Origin: Betaproteobacteria bacterium
Lineage (GTDB): Bacteria; Pseudomonadota; Gammaproteobacteria; Burkholderiales; SG8-41
Assembly: GCA_016868035.1 (NCBI GenBank)
Contig: VGID01000007.1
Coordinates: forward strand, 5,302-69,301
Direction: 5' to 3'
DNA length: 64,000 nt
Position 1 is the stretch's first letter. Every line of letters starts with the position of its first letter. This document shows, one piece after another, positions 54,659 to 64,000 of the stretch. The notes beneath the pieces are model-generated. The model saw only the letters and a program-made list of their open reading frames with translations. It ran no database searches and was not told the DNA's origin. The position numbers and the translations under genes are program-made.

Positions 54659-54761
54659 AGTAAGCGGTGAGCAGTGAGCGGTAAACAGCAAGCGATGCGC
54701 GGGAGCTGTCCGAAATAGGCGAGTCCAATGCAACCGCTTACCGCTTACCGCCTACCGCTAA
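54659..54761. repeat. Heptamer-arm palindromic element between ppsR and the TrmH-family gene
   Basis: AGTAAGC-GGTGAGC-AGTGAGC-GGTAAAC-AGCAAGC ... CCGCTTA-CCGCTTA-CCGCCTA-CCGCTAA; same unit as 15705-15761. Confidence 0.85.
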
Positions 54762-55529
54762 CTGTCGTACGCGCTCGAACAGGCAGACGGCAACCGCAGC
54801 GGCCAGGTTGAGTGAATCGCCGCCGCCCGGCATCGGGATCGACACTTCCGCGTGCGCCGCCTTCTTCAGTTCGGGCGATACCCCGCCGCCTTCGCTCCCG
54901 AACAGAAGCGCCGTCAGCCCCGTGAGGTCCGTCTCGTAGACGGAGCGCGCTCCATCCCGGACCGTCGCGAGCACTCTCCCCTTGTAGCCGCGGATCGCTT
55001 CCCGAAGATCGACTTGTTCGTACACACTGAGCATGAAATGGGCCCCCATCCCGGCGCGAAGCACGCGCGGAGACCAGGCATGAGCCGAGGTTTCCGATAG
55101 CAGCACATCGCGCACTCCGGCCGCCGCGGCCGAGCGCAGGATCGAGCCCAGGTTGCCCGGATCCTGCACACCGTCGAGCATGATGCAGGCGCTCATTCCG
55201 TCGCTCGGCCGCTGCAGTCGTGGCGTCCTGATCACGGCCATGACTCCCGTGGGCGTCACCACCGGAGAGATCTCATTGAACAAGGCGTCGCTCAGCAGGA
55301 CGGGCGCGATCTCCTTCATGCTCGCGAGTATCGCCTTCACTTCGGCCTTGTCTACACCGGTTTCGCTCACGATGAGCTCCTCCGGCGCGCCCACGCAGTC
55401 CCGATAGGCGCAGACGAGGTGAGGACCGTCGAGCACGGACCGCCCGGACTTCTTGCGCTCGCGGGAAGAATGCGTGAGCTCGCGCAGGGAGCGAAACCTG
55501 GCGTTCGCCGCAGAGGTGATCCGCTTCAT
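54738..55529 (-). CDS. TrmH/SpoU family RNA methyltransferase
   Basis: VQDPGNLGSILRSA, FGSEGGG, SLNLA. Confidence 0.92.
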   Translation of the reverse strand: MKRITSAANARFRSLRELTHSSRERKKSGRSVLDGPHLVCAYRDCVGAPEELIVSETGVDKAEVKAILASMKEIAPVLLSDALFNEISPVVTPTGVMAVIRTPRLQRPSDGMSACIMLDGVQDPGNLGSILRSAAAAGVRDVLLSETSAHAWSPRVLRAGMGAHFMLSVYEQVDLREAIRGYKGRVLATVRDGARSVYETDLTGLTALLFGSEGGGVSPELKKAAHAEVSIPMPGGGDSLNLAAAVAVCLFERVRQLAVGGKR

Positions 55530-56830
55530 GCGGCGCAGGTCCGGAAGCCCGCGTACACGTCGCGACGGTCGGGTGTATAAAAATTTCGCCACGTGTTCCG
55601 CAACAGCCCGCCGCGCGTCGCGAAACAGCCGCCCCGCAACACCTTGTGGTCACCAAACCACGGCTCCGAGTATTCGCGATAGGGATCGACAACGTAACCG
55701 GGATACGGGCCGAACCAGTCCGCGGTCCATTCCCACACGTTTCCCAGCATCTGGCGGCATCCCCAGCCGCTGTCGCCTGCGGCGAACGCACCGGCATCGG
55801 CGCAGCCTCCGCCCGCGCCGTAGAGGTTGGCGCGTTCCGCGGTAGGCTCGCCGCCGCCCCACGGATACCGTCGCTTGAGCGGCGACCCGGGTGCGGTCGC
55901 CGCCGCGAATTCCCACTCGCCTTCGGTCGGCAAGCGGCGTCCGGCCCAGCGGCAGTAGGCATCGGCTTCATACCAGTTGACATGGATGACCGGTGCATCC
56001 CGCTGCAGCCGTTCGCGCCGGTCATAAAGACGCCGTACCCACCCGGCGCCGTCTCTTTCCCAGTAAACGGGCACATCGGCATGAGCGCCCTGGCGCCAGT
56101 TCCAGCCCGCCTCGCTCCACAACTCGCACCGGAGATAACCGGCGTCTTCCACGAATGCCGCAAACTCGCCGTTCGTCACCGGAGCGCGCGCGATCCGGTA
56201 GGGAGCGATCTTCACGGCGTGCGCCCATTTCTCATTGTCGAACGCGAAGCTGTCGTCCGAGGACGCGGCGCCGAGCATGAAATCGCCGCCTGCGATCGCG
56301 GCATCGCCCGCGCATGGCCCGGCTTCGTTCGGGCCTGACGCAGCTCCGCGCGCAGCGGGCGCCGGATAGGCCAGGGTTTGCCGCGTGTAACTGAACGCTT
56401 CGTTATGCATCTCTTCGTGAAACGCTGCAAGCTGCACGAAATAACGCAGATGCCTCGTTGCCCCTTCCCTCTCCAGGCGCTCGACGGCGCGCTCGAGCAC
56501 GTGCTCGAGATAGGCAAGAGTCTCGTCGAAGCTTGGCAGCGGCAGGTCCCAGCGCGCGCCATGCGGAACTTTGGACGAGTCATAGAGCTGATCGGCGTGT
56601 GCGACGCTCGACGCCAACAGTTCCGCGCCCGGACGATGACGCAGGCACCAGTATTCCTGGAACCATGCCAGGTGGCCGATCTCCCACAGCGGAGGATTCA
56701 CGATGCGCAGCCGCGGACCGAGCAGCCGCTCGCCCGTAAGGTCATGCGCGAATTCCAGCGTGCGGGCGCGCGCCTCCATCAGCATGCGTTGCAAGGCTGC
56801 GGAACCCGAAAGTGTGCTTGGCTCGCTCAT
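55526..56830 (-). CDS. senA: Selenoneine synthase SenA (EgtB-like DinB + FGE-sulfatase domains)
   Basis: NPPLWEIGH, HEEMHNE iron motif, RLPTEGEWE, GNVWEW, RNF; adjacent to senB. Confidence 0.82.
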   Translation of the reverse strand: MSEPSTLSGSAALQRMLMEARARTLEFAHDLTGERLLGPRLRIVNPPLWEIGHLAWFQEYWCLRHRPGAELLASSVAHADQLYDSSKVPHGARWDLPLPSFDETLAYLEHVLERAVERLEREGATRHLRYFVQLAAFHEEMHNEAFSYTRQTLAYPAPAARGAASGPNEAGPCAGDAAIAGGDFMLGAASSDDSFAFDNEKWAHAVKIAPYRIARAPVTNGEFAAFVEDAGYLRCELWSEAGWNWRQGAHADVPVYWERDGAGWVRRLYDRRERLQRDAPVIHVNWYEADAYCRWAGRRLPTEGEWEFAAATAPGSPLKRRYPWGGGEPTAERANLYGAGGGCADAGAFAAGDSGWGCRQMLGNVWEWTADWFGPYPGYVVDPYREYSEPWFGDHKVLRGGCFATRGGLLRNTWRNFYTPDRRDVYAGFRTCAA

Positions 56831-56879
56831 CCGGGATCGTGAGAAAATGGATTCTAGAGTTTAGCCTCAACGCCACGCC

Positions 56880-57827
56880 GTGAAAATCGTCATCGTCACT
56901 CCCGCCAAGGCCGGCTCGCGCCATGGCAACCGCAATACTGCCGCCCGCTGGGCGAGCCTGTTGCGGGCGCTCGGCCATCGCGTGACGGTCGCGGTTTCGT
57001 GGGACGGAACCGCGGCGGACCTGATGATCGCGCTGCACGCGCGCCGCAGCTACGATTCGATAAGGCGCTTTGCCGCGGCCTGCCCCGAGCGTCCGCTCGT
57101 GGTCACGCTCACCGGAACGGATCTGTACCGCGACATCGCGCTCGAGCCCGACGCCCGGCGGTCCCTGCAGCTCGCGACCCGCCTGGTGGTGCTCCAGGAT
57201 AGGGCGCTCGCGGAGCTAGCACCGCCCTTGCGCCGCAAAACGCGGGTCATCTATCAGTCGGCCCGTGTGCCGGCAGCGGCCACGCCGCTCAAGACCCGCT
57301 TCGAGATCGTGGTGTGCGGTCACCTGCGGGAGGAAAAGGACCCGTTTCGCGCCGCCGCTGCTCTCGCTTTTCTGCCGCCGGACAGCCGCATCCGCGTCAC
57401 CCATCTCGGCGGGGCCATGACCCCGGATATGGCTCACGCAGCGCGGGCCTGGGCCGCGCGCGAGCCACGTTATCGCTGGCTCGGCGAGCTTCCCCACTGG
57501 AAGGCCATGCAGCGGCTCGTACGCAGCCGCCTGATGGTAATCAGCTCCCGCATGGAAGGCGGCGCCAACGTGGTTTCGGAGGCGCTCGCCGCCGGAGTGC
57601 CGGTCATCGCATCGCGCATTTCGGGCAACATCGGCATGCTCGGCGCGCGATACGCGGGCTACTACCCAGTGGGAAACGAGCGCCCTCTCGCCCGCCTGAT
57701 GCGGCGAGCCGAAAGCAAGCCGGCGTATTACAGCGCGTTGAAGGCCCAGATACGCAAACGCCGCCACCTCGTCACGGTACAGCGCGAGCGCGACTCCTTG
57801 CGCAAGCTCCTGGCCGAACTCGGCTAA
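56880..57827 (+). CDS. senB: Selenosugar synthase SenB (glycosyltransferase)
   Basis: GNRNTAARW, ALHARRS, LTGTDLYRD, HLREEKDP, SRMEGGANV. Confidence 0.88.
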   Translation: MKIVIVTPAKAGSRHGNRNTAARWASLLRALGHRVTVAVSWDGTAADLMIALHARRSYDSIRRFAAACPERPLVVTLTGTDLYRDIALEPDARRSLQLATRLVVLQDRALAELAPPLRRKTRVIYQSARVPAAATPLKTRFEIVVCGHLREEKDPFRAAAALAFLPPDSRIRVTHLGGAMTPDMAHAARAWAAREPRYRWLGELPHWKAMQRLVRSRLMVISSRMEGGANVVSEALAAGVPVIASRISGNIGMLGARYAGYYPVGNERPLARLMRRAESKPAYYSALKAQIRKRRHLVTVQRERDSLRKLLAELG

Positions 57828-57837
57828 CCGGCTTTCC

Positions 57838-58284
57838 TCAGCTCCCGCCCGCCGTTGCCACCACGATGGTGAGCAGGCCCAGCGCCAGGTTCACCGCGAC
57901 CGCGATGCGGACCTGGTTCAGCGCACGGGCGCCGGCCTGCCAGTCCTGCGCGGCGACCGCTCGCCGCAGCGTGGGAAAGGGCGAGAAATAGACGTAAGCG
58001 AAGATCAGCGTCATGACGATGCCGATGTAGAGCATGAGATGGACATGGAGCGGCACCCGGCCCAGCTCCGCGATTATCGCCACCATGTAGAAACCGCTTG
58101 CGAGTATCAGCGCGATGGCGGCCCACACCCACCGGAAGAATCGCTCCAGCGTCGCGGCCCACAAGGGCAGGCGCTGCGGGGGCTCGAGGCGCGAAGCCGC
58201 GGGCCGCAGCGCGAGATACGCGAAGAACATCCCCCCGATCCATACCACCGCGCCTAGCAAGTGGAACATGACCGCGAGTTTCAT
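57838..58284 (-). CDS. CopD-like 4-TM membrane protein
   Basis: [14 protein letters not shown]...LRP, four hydrophobic segments. Confidence 0.75.
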   Translation of the reverse strand: MKLAVMFHLLGAVVWIGGMFFAYLALRPAASRLEPPQRLPLWAATLERFFRWVWAAIALILASGFYMVAIIAELGRVPLHVHLMLYIGIVMTLIFAYVYFSPFPTLRRAVAAQDWQAGARALNQVRIAVAVNLALGLLTIVVATAGGS

Positions 58285-58859
58285 GCTTGGCTTTCCACCT
58301 CGAGCAGGGCGCGCACCGGAGCGAAAGTTCTCCGGTGCACGCAGGATACGCCGTATTTGCGCAGCGCCGCGAGATGCGCGAGCGTCGGATAACCCTTGTG
58401 GCGGTCGAACCCGTACTGCGGATGGAGCCGATGCAGCGAGACCATCTCCGCGTCGCGCGCAACCTTCGCCAGTATGGACGCAGCCTGAATCGCAGCAACG
58501 GTCTGGTCACCGCGCACGATCGCGTGCACCGGCATCGGCAGCCGCGGCCGGTGCGTTCCGTCTACGAGCGCCTCGCGCGGAGCGATCGCGAGTCCGTTCA
58601 CCGCGCGGGTCATCGCCAGCAGGCTTGCCTGCAGGATGTTGATTTCGTCGATTTCCTCGACGGTGGCGTTTCCGACCGCCCAGGCGACCGCGCACGCCTT
58701 GATCTCGTCGCTGAGCTCGGCGCGCCGTTGCGGACCGAGCCGCTTCGAATCCGCAAGGCCGTCCAGGCGCAAACCGGCATCGAGGATGACGGCTGCCGCG
58801 TACACGGGCCCGGCGAGCGGGCCCCTTCCGGCTTCGTCGATGCCGCACACAAGATTCAT
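58281..58859 (-). CDS. rnhB: Ribonuclease HII
   Basis: [31 protein letters not shown]. Confidence 0.96.
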   Translation of the reverse strand: MNLVCGIDEAGRGPLAGPVYAAAVILDAGLRLDGLADSKRLGPQRRAELSDEIKACAVAWAVGNATVEEIDEINILQASLLAMTRAVNGLAIAPREALVDGTHRPRLPMPVHAIVRGDQTVAAIQAASILAKVARDAEMVSLHRLHPQYGFDRHKGYPTLAHLAALRKYGVSCVHRRTFAPVRALLEVESQA

Positions 58860-60019
58860 CGCGCGCCCGCGCCATCTACCATGGGAAGCAGCGCGTCCAC
58901 CAGCCGCTTTGCGCTGTTCTGCCTGAGTTCCCGCGCCATTGTGGAAAAACGCGCCTCCACACGGTGCCGCACGCCCATATCGTACATCAGGTTGAGCACG
59001 GCCTGCGACAGATTTTCCGGCGTGGCATCGTCCTGCAGGAACTCCGGCGCGACGAATTCCCCCGCAAGAATGTTCGGCAGGCCCACGTAGGGCTGGTAAT
59101 GCTTGCTCTTCATGATCCACCAGCTCAGGCGCGGCATCCGGTAGGTGATGACCAGCGGCCGCGCAAGCAGCGCCGCCTCGAGCGTCGCCGTTCCCGACGC
59201 GGCCAGCACGACGTCGGCCGCAACCATCGCCTCGTGGGCATGCCCGAACAAAATCGTCAGATTGAGCTCGCCCGTCCGGCGCCGATATAGCGCCGATTCG
59301 AACGCCGCGCGCGTGGCACGGTTCACCATCGGGACCAGAAACAGGACATCCGGCGCCGCGGCGGCGATCTGCACGGCGGTATCCACGAAGAGATTCGCCA
59401 TCTGCTCGACCTCGGTCACGCGGCTTCCGGGCAGCAGCGCGATGATCTTTGCCGCACCCGACAGCCGCAGCTGCTCGCGGATCTCCGCGCGGCCTGGCAG
59501 CTGCGCGAGCATGTCCGCCAGCGGGTGACCGACGTAGCTTACGGGAACGCCGGCCTGCTCGTACAACGCCTCCTCGAACGGAAACACCACCAGCATTTTC
59601 GATACTGCGCGCCGGATCTTGCCGATGCGGCCGCCGCGCCACGCCCAGAGCTGCGGGCTCACGTAATGCACCGAGGGTATCCCAGCGGACTTGAGCTTGC
59701 GCTCCAGATCGAGATTGAAATCCGGAGCGTCCACCCCGATGAAGAGCGCGGGCGGCTCGCGCCGGAAATGTGCGGCGAGCTTGCGCCGTATGCCGACGAT
59801 CTCGGCGTAGTGGCGCAGCACCTCCACGTATCCACGCACGGCGAGCTTCTCGAGCGGAAACAGGATCTCCATGCCCGCCGCCTGCATCTTGGGCCCGCCC
59901 ACGCCGGCAAAACGAAGGTGTGGCCGCCGCGCACGCAGCGCGCCGATGAGATGCGCGCCCAGCGTATCTCCGGACGCTTCGCCGGCGACGATACCGATCG
60001 AAAGGGGCGCGCCCGGCAT
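58856..60019 (-). CDS. lpxB: Lipid-A-disaccharide synthase
   Basis: [34 protein letters not shown]. Confidence 0.96.
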   Translation of the reverse strand: MPGAPLSIGIVAGEASGDTLGAHLIGALRARRPHLRFAGVGGPKMQAAGMEILFPLEKLAVRGYVEVLRHYAEIVGIRRKLAAHFRREPPALFIGVDAPDFNLDLERKLKSAGIPSVHYVSPQLWAWRGGRIGKIRRAVSKMLVVFPFEEALYEQAGVPVSYVGHPLADMLAQLPGRAEIREQLRLSGAAKIIALLPGSRVTEVEQMANLFVDTAVQIAAAAPDVLFLVPMVNRATRAAFESALYRRRTGELNLTILFGHAHEAMVAADVVLAASGTATLEAALLARPLVITYRMPRLSWWIMKSKHYQPYVGLPNILAGEFVAPEFLQDDATPENLSQAVLNLMYDMGVRHRVEARFSTMARELRQNSAKRLVDALLPMVDGAGAR

Positions 60020-60021
60020 CG

Positions 60022-60792
60022 TCAGCGCACGATGCCGCGGACGGAATTCGACAGGAACTCCGAAAAAGCCCGCACCTCCGGGCACTCCTTCGCCTGGACC
60101 GCGAGCTCTGCCTTTGCCTGCTCGAGCGTCAGACGCGACTTGTAGAGCGTCTTGTACGCGCGCTTGAGGCGGGTGATGGTGTCGGCGCTGTAGCCGCGCC
60201 GTTTCAGCCCTTCCGAGTTCACACCAAAGGGCCTGGCGGAATTTCCCGAGGCCGTGACGAACGGAGGCACATCCTGGAGCACGATCGTGCCCAGCCCGGT
60301 AAGACTGTGCGCCCCGATCCGGCAGCGCTGGTGGACCACGGTGAACCCGCCGAGGATCGCGTAATCTCCGACCTGCACGTGCCCGGCAAGCTGCGCGTTG
60401 TTCGCAAACACGGTGTGGCTGCCGATCTGGCAGTCATGCGCCAGGTGCACGTAGGCCATGATCCAGTTGTCGTCCCCCATCCGCGTCACCGTCGCATCCT
60501 GGACCGTGCCGCGGTTGAACGTGCAGAACTCGCGGATCGTGTTGTTGTTCCCGATCTCGAGGCGCGTTGGCTCGCCGCGGTACTTCTTGTCCTGCGGCGC
60601 CTCCCCGAGCGAGACGAACTGGGAAATCCGGTTGTCGCGGCCGATCCGGGTGTGGCCGGTGATCACGGTGTGCGCTCCGATCCAGCAGCCGGGCTCGATT
60701 TCCACGTGCGGGCCGATCACGGTGTACGGCCCGATCTCGATGTCCGCGGCGAGCTTCGCGCCGGGATGCACAATCGCGGTGGGATGGATCAT
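60022..60792 (-). CDS. lpxA: UDP-GlcNAc O-acyltransferase
   Basis: IHPTAIV, PQDKKY, HLAHDC, hexapeptide repeats. Confidence 0.97.
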   Translation of the reverse strand: MIHPTAIVHPGAKLAADIEIGPYTVIGPHVEIEPGCWIGAHTVITGHTRIGRDNRISQFVSLGEAPQDKKYRGEPTRLEIGNNNTIREFCTFNRGTVQDATVTRMGDDNWIMAYVHLAHDCQIGSHTVFANNAQLAGHVQVGDYAILGGFTVVHQRCRIGAHSLTGLGTIVLQDVPPFVTASGNSARPFGVNSEGLKRRGYSADTITRLKRAYKTLYKSRLTLEQAKAELAVQAKECPEVRAFSEFLSNSVRGIVR

Positions 60793-60852
60793 GTCGGGGG
60801 CACGTTCCTCACCGCTCGCAAGCGCGCGCCCGACCGCGCACGACCCCGGAGC

Positions 60853-61308
60853 TCATTTACCGCCCGCCGCCTCTTCGATCGAGCGTATCGTGCACATCAG
60901 CTCGGCCTCGGTGACCACCGCGTCGTTGACGCGCGCCTTCGCGCTGAAGAACCACATGTTGCGCGCGTAGCGCTTGAGCTCAACCGCGAGCGCAAGCGTG
61001 TCTCCCGGAACAACCGGCCGCTTGAAGCGCGCCTTATCGATGCCGACGAAGTAGTACACCGACTTCTCGTCGGCCTTGTGGTTCATCGTCCGGAACGAGA
61101 GGATCGCCGCGGTCTGCGCCAGCGCCTCGATGATGAGCACGCCCGGCATCACCGGATGGTGCGGAAAATGCCCGCTGAAGAACGGCTCGTTGATCGTCAC
61201 GTTCTTCACCGCGCTGATGCTCTTGCCCGGCTCGCACGCAACCACGCGGTCCACAAGCAGGAAAGGATAGCGATGCGGGAGGTACTCGAGAACCTCGTGG
61301 ATGTCCAT
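60853..61308 (-). CDS. fabZ: 3-hydroxyacyl-ACP dehydratase
   Basis: [29 protein letters not shown]. Confidence 0.97.
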   Translation of the reverse strand: MDIHEVLEYLPHRYPFLLVDRVVACEPGKSISAVKNVTINEPFFSGHFPHHPVMPGVLIIEALAQTAAILSFRTMNHKADEKSVYYFVGIDKARFKRPVVPGDTLALAVELKRYARNMWFFSAKARVNDAVVTEAELMCTIRSIEEAAGGK

Positions 61309-61313
61309 GCTGC

Positions 61314-62411
61314 TCAAGGCTTGCTCCTTTCCAGGCGGGCGAGTGTTTTCTCGAGCTCCCGGACGCGCTCCGCAAGCTCGTTCAGGTGCCGCAGCTGCGC
61401 CGCATTCTTGCGCCACTCGCTCTGCGCGCCGAACGGGTAGGCCCCGGCATAGGCACCCGCGCGCTCGATCGACTTCGTGATCAGTGTGTGGGCCGAGATC
61501 TCGACATTGTCGCCAATCGTGAGATGCCCGGCGATGCCCGACGCCCCGCCGATCCGGCAATGACGCCCGATCTTGGCGCTGCCGGCGATGCCTGCGCAGG
61601 CGGCGATCGCCGTGTGCGCACCGATGCGCACGTTGTGGCCGACCTGTATCTGGTTGTCGAGCTTCACTCCGTCCTCGATCACGGTGTCCTCGAGCGTGCC
61701 GCGATCGATGGTCGTATTGGCCCCCACCTCGACGTCGTCCCCGATCACCACGCGCCCGATCTGGGGCACTTTGCGCCAGCGTTCGTCTTCCATCGCGATG
61801 CCAAATCCATCCGCTCCCACCACGACCCCCGAGTGCAGTATGACGCGATCTCCGAGCACGCACCCATGATAGACGGTGACGTTCGGATAGAGCCGCGCGC
61901 TGCGACCGATCACCGCATCTTCGCCAACGTAGCATCCAGCTCCGATAATGCTCTGGGCGCCGATACTCGCGTTGCGCCCGACGACGGCGTGGGGCCCGAT
62001 CTCCACGCCAGCCTCGACCGTGGCGGTACGGTCGACCACGGCCGTGTCGTGCACGCCTGGCTGCGGCGCCGGCTCGGGATTGAGCAATGCCGATACCCTT
62101 GCGAAATACGCGTACGGGTTGGTGCACACGATCCGCGGGATCTCCGTGGCTTCGTGCGCCGTGCGGCTCACGATGACGGCGCCCGCCCGCGTGCTCTTCA
62201 GCTGCGCAAGATAGCGATCGTTCGCGAGAAAGCTGATGGTGTCGCCGGTGGCGTTCTCGAGCGTGGCAACCTGCCGCACGCGGACTTCAGGGTTGCCGGA
62301 AATCTCCCCGCCGAGGCGCTCCGCGATCTCGCGCAGAGTATAGGACGTGCGTTCGTCGGGTGCCATGGCCGGAAAACCGGGAACTCCGCTTGCCTCCGGC
62401 GCGCCGGACAT
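61314..62411 (-). CDS. lpxD: UDP-3-O-acylglucosamine N-acyltransferase
   Basis: [33 protein letters not shown]. Confidence 0.96.
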   Translation of the reverse strand: MSGAPEASGVPGFPAMAPDERTSYTLREIAERLGGEISGNPEVRVRQVATLENATGDTISFLANDRYLAQLKSTRAGAVIVSRTAHEATEIPRIVCTNPYAYFARVSALLNPEPAPQPGVHDTAVVDRTATVEAGVEIGPHAVVGRNASIGAQSIIGAGCYVGEDAVIGRSARLYPNVTVYHGCVLGDRVILHSGVVVGADGFGIAMEDERWRKVPQIGRVVIGDDVEVGANTTIDRGTLEDTVIEDGVKLDNQIQVGHNVRIGAHTAIAACAGIAGSAKIGRHCRIGGASGIAGHLTIGDNVEISAHTLITKSIERAGAYAGAYPFGAQSEWRKNAAQLRHLNELAERVRELEKTLARLERSKP

Positions 62412-62440
62412 GCGATGGCCGCAGCCGCGCCGGGTTCTGC

Positions 62441-62944
62441 TTATTTTCCTTCGGCGAGCGCCTTGAGCACCCGGTCGGTGATGTCTATTCGCGGGCTGCG
62501 ATAGACTGCATCCTGCACGATGAGGTCGAATTTTTCGGCTTCCGCGATCTGCCGGATCACGCGATTCGCGCGCTCGAGCAGGCCCGAGAGCTCCTGGTTG
62601 CGGCGGATGTTGAGGTCTTCGCGGAACTCCCGCTGCATGCGCTGGAAGTCGAGGGTGAGCTTGGCGAGCTCCTGTTCCTTCGCCCGGCGGTCGCCTGCGC
62701 TCATCGTGAGCGCGTCCTTCTCGAGCTGGCCCTGCAGCGCCTTGATCTGGGCCTCGCGCCGCTCGAGTTCCTTTCCCCGCGGAGCGAACTCCTTCTCCAG
62801 CTGCTTGCTCGCGCGCTCGGCCGGAACGGACTCGCGGTTGATCCGGTCTCCGTCGACGTAGCCCACCTTGATGTCTGCCGCCTCGACCGCCACGATGCCG
62901 AACGAGAGCGCCAGAGCCGTGAATGTCGAGTATAAGAACTTCAA
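62441..62944 (-). CDS. skp: Outer membrane chaperone Skp/OmpH
   Basis: Signal peptide, KVGYVD, coiled coil, DITDRVL; between bamA and lpxD. Confidence 0.9.
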   Translation of the reverse strand: MKFLYSTFTALALSFGIVAVEAADIKVGYVDGDRINRESVPAERASKQLEKEFAPRGKELERREAQIKALQGQLEKDALTMSAGDRRAKEQELAKLTLDFQRMQREFREDLNIRRNQELSGLLERANRVIRQIAEAEKFDLIVQDAVYRSPRIDITDRVLKALAEGK

Positions 62945-62993
62945 TGGAATCTCCTTGCCGTTGAACCTGACCCTAGAACGGCGGCGTGCATGA

Positions 62994-64000
62994 CTAGAAC
63001 ACGCCGCCAAATGTGAACTGGAACGGCTGCGTCCGGTCCCCGGGCTTGTCGCGCAGCGGCACCGCGGCACTCACCTTCAACGGGCCGAACGGGGACACCC
63101 ATAGCACCGACATGCCCGCAGAATAGCGCAGGTCCCCGCCACTGAACGTGTCCCCCACGGTTGCAGCATCGAGGAATGTAGAGACCCTCACCGAGCGGTC
63201 GTGCCGCAGCCCCGGGAAAGGAAAAAGCAGTTCGGCGTTGCCGAGGAGCCTGCGGCTGCCACCGCGCGGATCGTTGTGTTCGTCCTTCGGACCGATTGTA
63301 TAGGCCTTGAACCCCCTCACCGAGTTCACTCCGCCGGCGTAGAAATTCTTGAAGAACGGCAGTGGCTTGCCGTCGTAGCCGTCGCCGTAACCGAATTCGC
63401 CGTTGAGCATGAAGGTGAGCGTCTGCGTCAGCGGAAAGTAGCGTTGGTACTGATAGTTCAGCTTGTAGTACTTGAGGGTGCCGCCCGGCACTCCGGTCTC
63501 CACACCGGCCCGGTGCAACGCACCTTCGGTAGGATAAATCAAGCTATTGCGCCCGTCCCGCGTCCAGCCCGCGGTGAGCAAGATCGTCGAGTTGCTCTTG
63601 CCAAAGGTGCGCACGTAGTCGCGATAGATGAGCGGGCTGTCCGCGAAGGTCGTGATGTCGGTGTCCTCGTAGCCCAGCCCGTAGTGGATCGTATCGCGCT
63701 CGGTCACCGGAACGCCGAGGCGTAATTGGCCGCCTGCGGTCTTGGTCTGATAGCGCCCCAGCTGATTGCTCGCGGGGTCGACTTCACGATGGTAAAGATC
63801 GAAGCCGCGGCTCACTCCGTCTATCGTGTAGTACGGGTCGGTGAACGATAAGGAGTAGGTCGTGTTGATCTTGCTGCTGTTGACCGCCACCGAGAGGTGC
63901 CGTCCCGAGCCGAAGATGTTCTGCTGCGCGACGGAACCGGAGAGCACCACCCCCTCGCCGCTGCCGAAGCCGGCCCCGAACAGCAGCTGCCCGGTCGGCT
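62994..64000 (-). CDS. bamA: Outer membrane protein assembly factor BamA (3' part; begins beyond the window)
   Basis: N.FGSG, FYAGG..SVRGF, SPFGPL, FQF C-terminus. Confidence 0.95.
   Translation of the reverse strand, partial: PTGQLLFGAGFGSGEGVVLSGSVAQQNIFGSGRHLSVAVNSSKINTTYSLSFTDPYYTIDGVSRGFDLYHREVDPASNQLGRYQTKTAGGQLRLGVPVTERDTIHYGLGYEDTDITTFADSPLIYRDYVRTFGKSNSTILLTAGWTRDGRNSLIYPTEGALHRAGVETGVPGGTLKYYKLNYQYQRYFPLTQTLTFMLNGEFGYGDGYDGKPLPFFKNFYAGGVNSVRGFKAYTIGPKDEHNDPRGGSRRLLGNAELLFPFPGLRHDRSVRVSTFLDAATVGDTFSGGDLRYSAGMSVLWVSPFGPLKVSAAVPLRDKPGDRTQPFQFTFGGVF

Noticed and set aside
55526-57827. Selenocysteine read-through near the selenium genes
   Set aside because: No in-frame TGA interrupts a recognisable domain in these genes.

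Overview
High-GC chromosomal window from a betaproteobacterium (Burkholderiales-like gene order). The backbone is conserved housekeeping: tRNA-Cys/Gly, pgsA, uvrC, efp, nagZ-acpS-pdxJ-recO-era-rnc-lepB-lepA, the rpoE-rseA-rseB-degP cluster, ftsB-eno-kdsA-pyrG-ppsA/ppsR, trmH, and rnhB-lpxB-lpxA-fabZ-lpxD-skp-bamA. Accessory blocks: (i) a Bug/PrpD/TcuA-like islet between pgsA and tRNA-Gly; (ii) a 1176-aa GltD/NfnB-plus-NfnA/PyrK-like fusion; (iii) a corrinoid methyl-transfer-to-tetrahydrofolate cluster (CmuA-architecture methyltransferase-corrinoid fusion, MetV/MetF, MetH reactivation domain, AcsE-like methyltransferase, RACo activator, FolD), divergent from a PhnCDEE transporter plus DUF47/PiT, with no C-P lyase in the window; (iv) divergent selenoneine genes senA/senB without senC. 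There are two main novelty candidates. The first is the methyltransferase/phosphonate-uptake module of unknown substrate. The second is a set of short cargo-less palindromic elements built from 7-, 8-, 9- and 10-nt periodic arms at gene junctions, including one inserted in frame in uvrC and a three-layer nested one. Also seen: CTAG-ended MITE-like elements, a diverged duplication of the kdsA 5' end, and an atypical EF-P with no adjacent earP. Family calls come from motif recognition by eye, and many start codons are my own picks.
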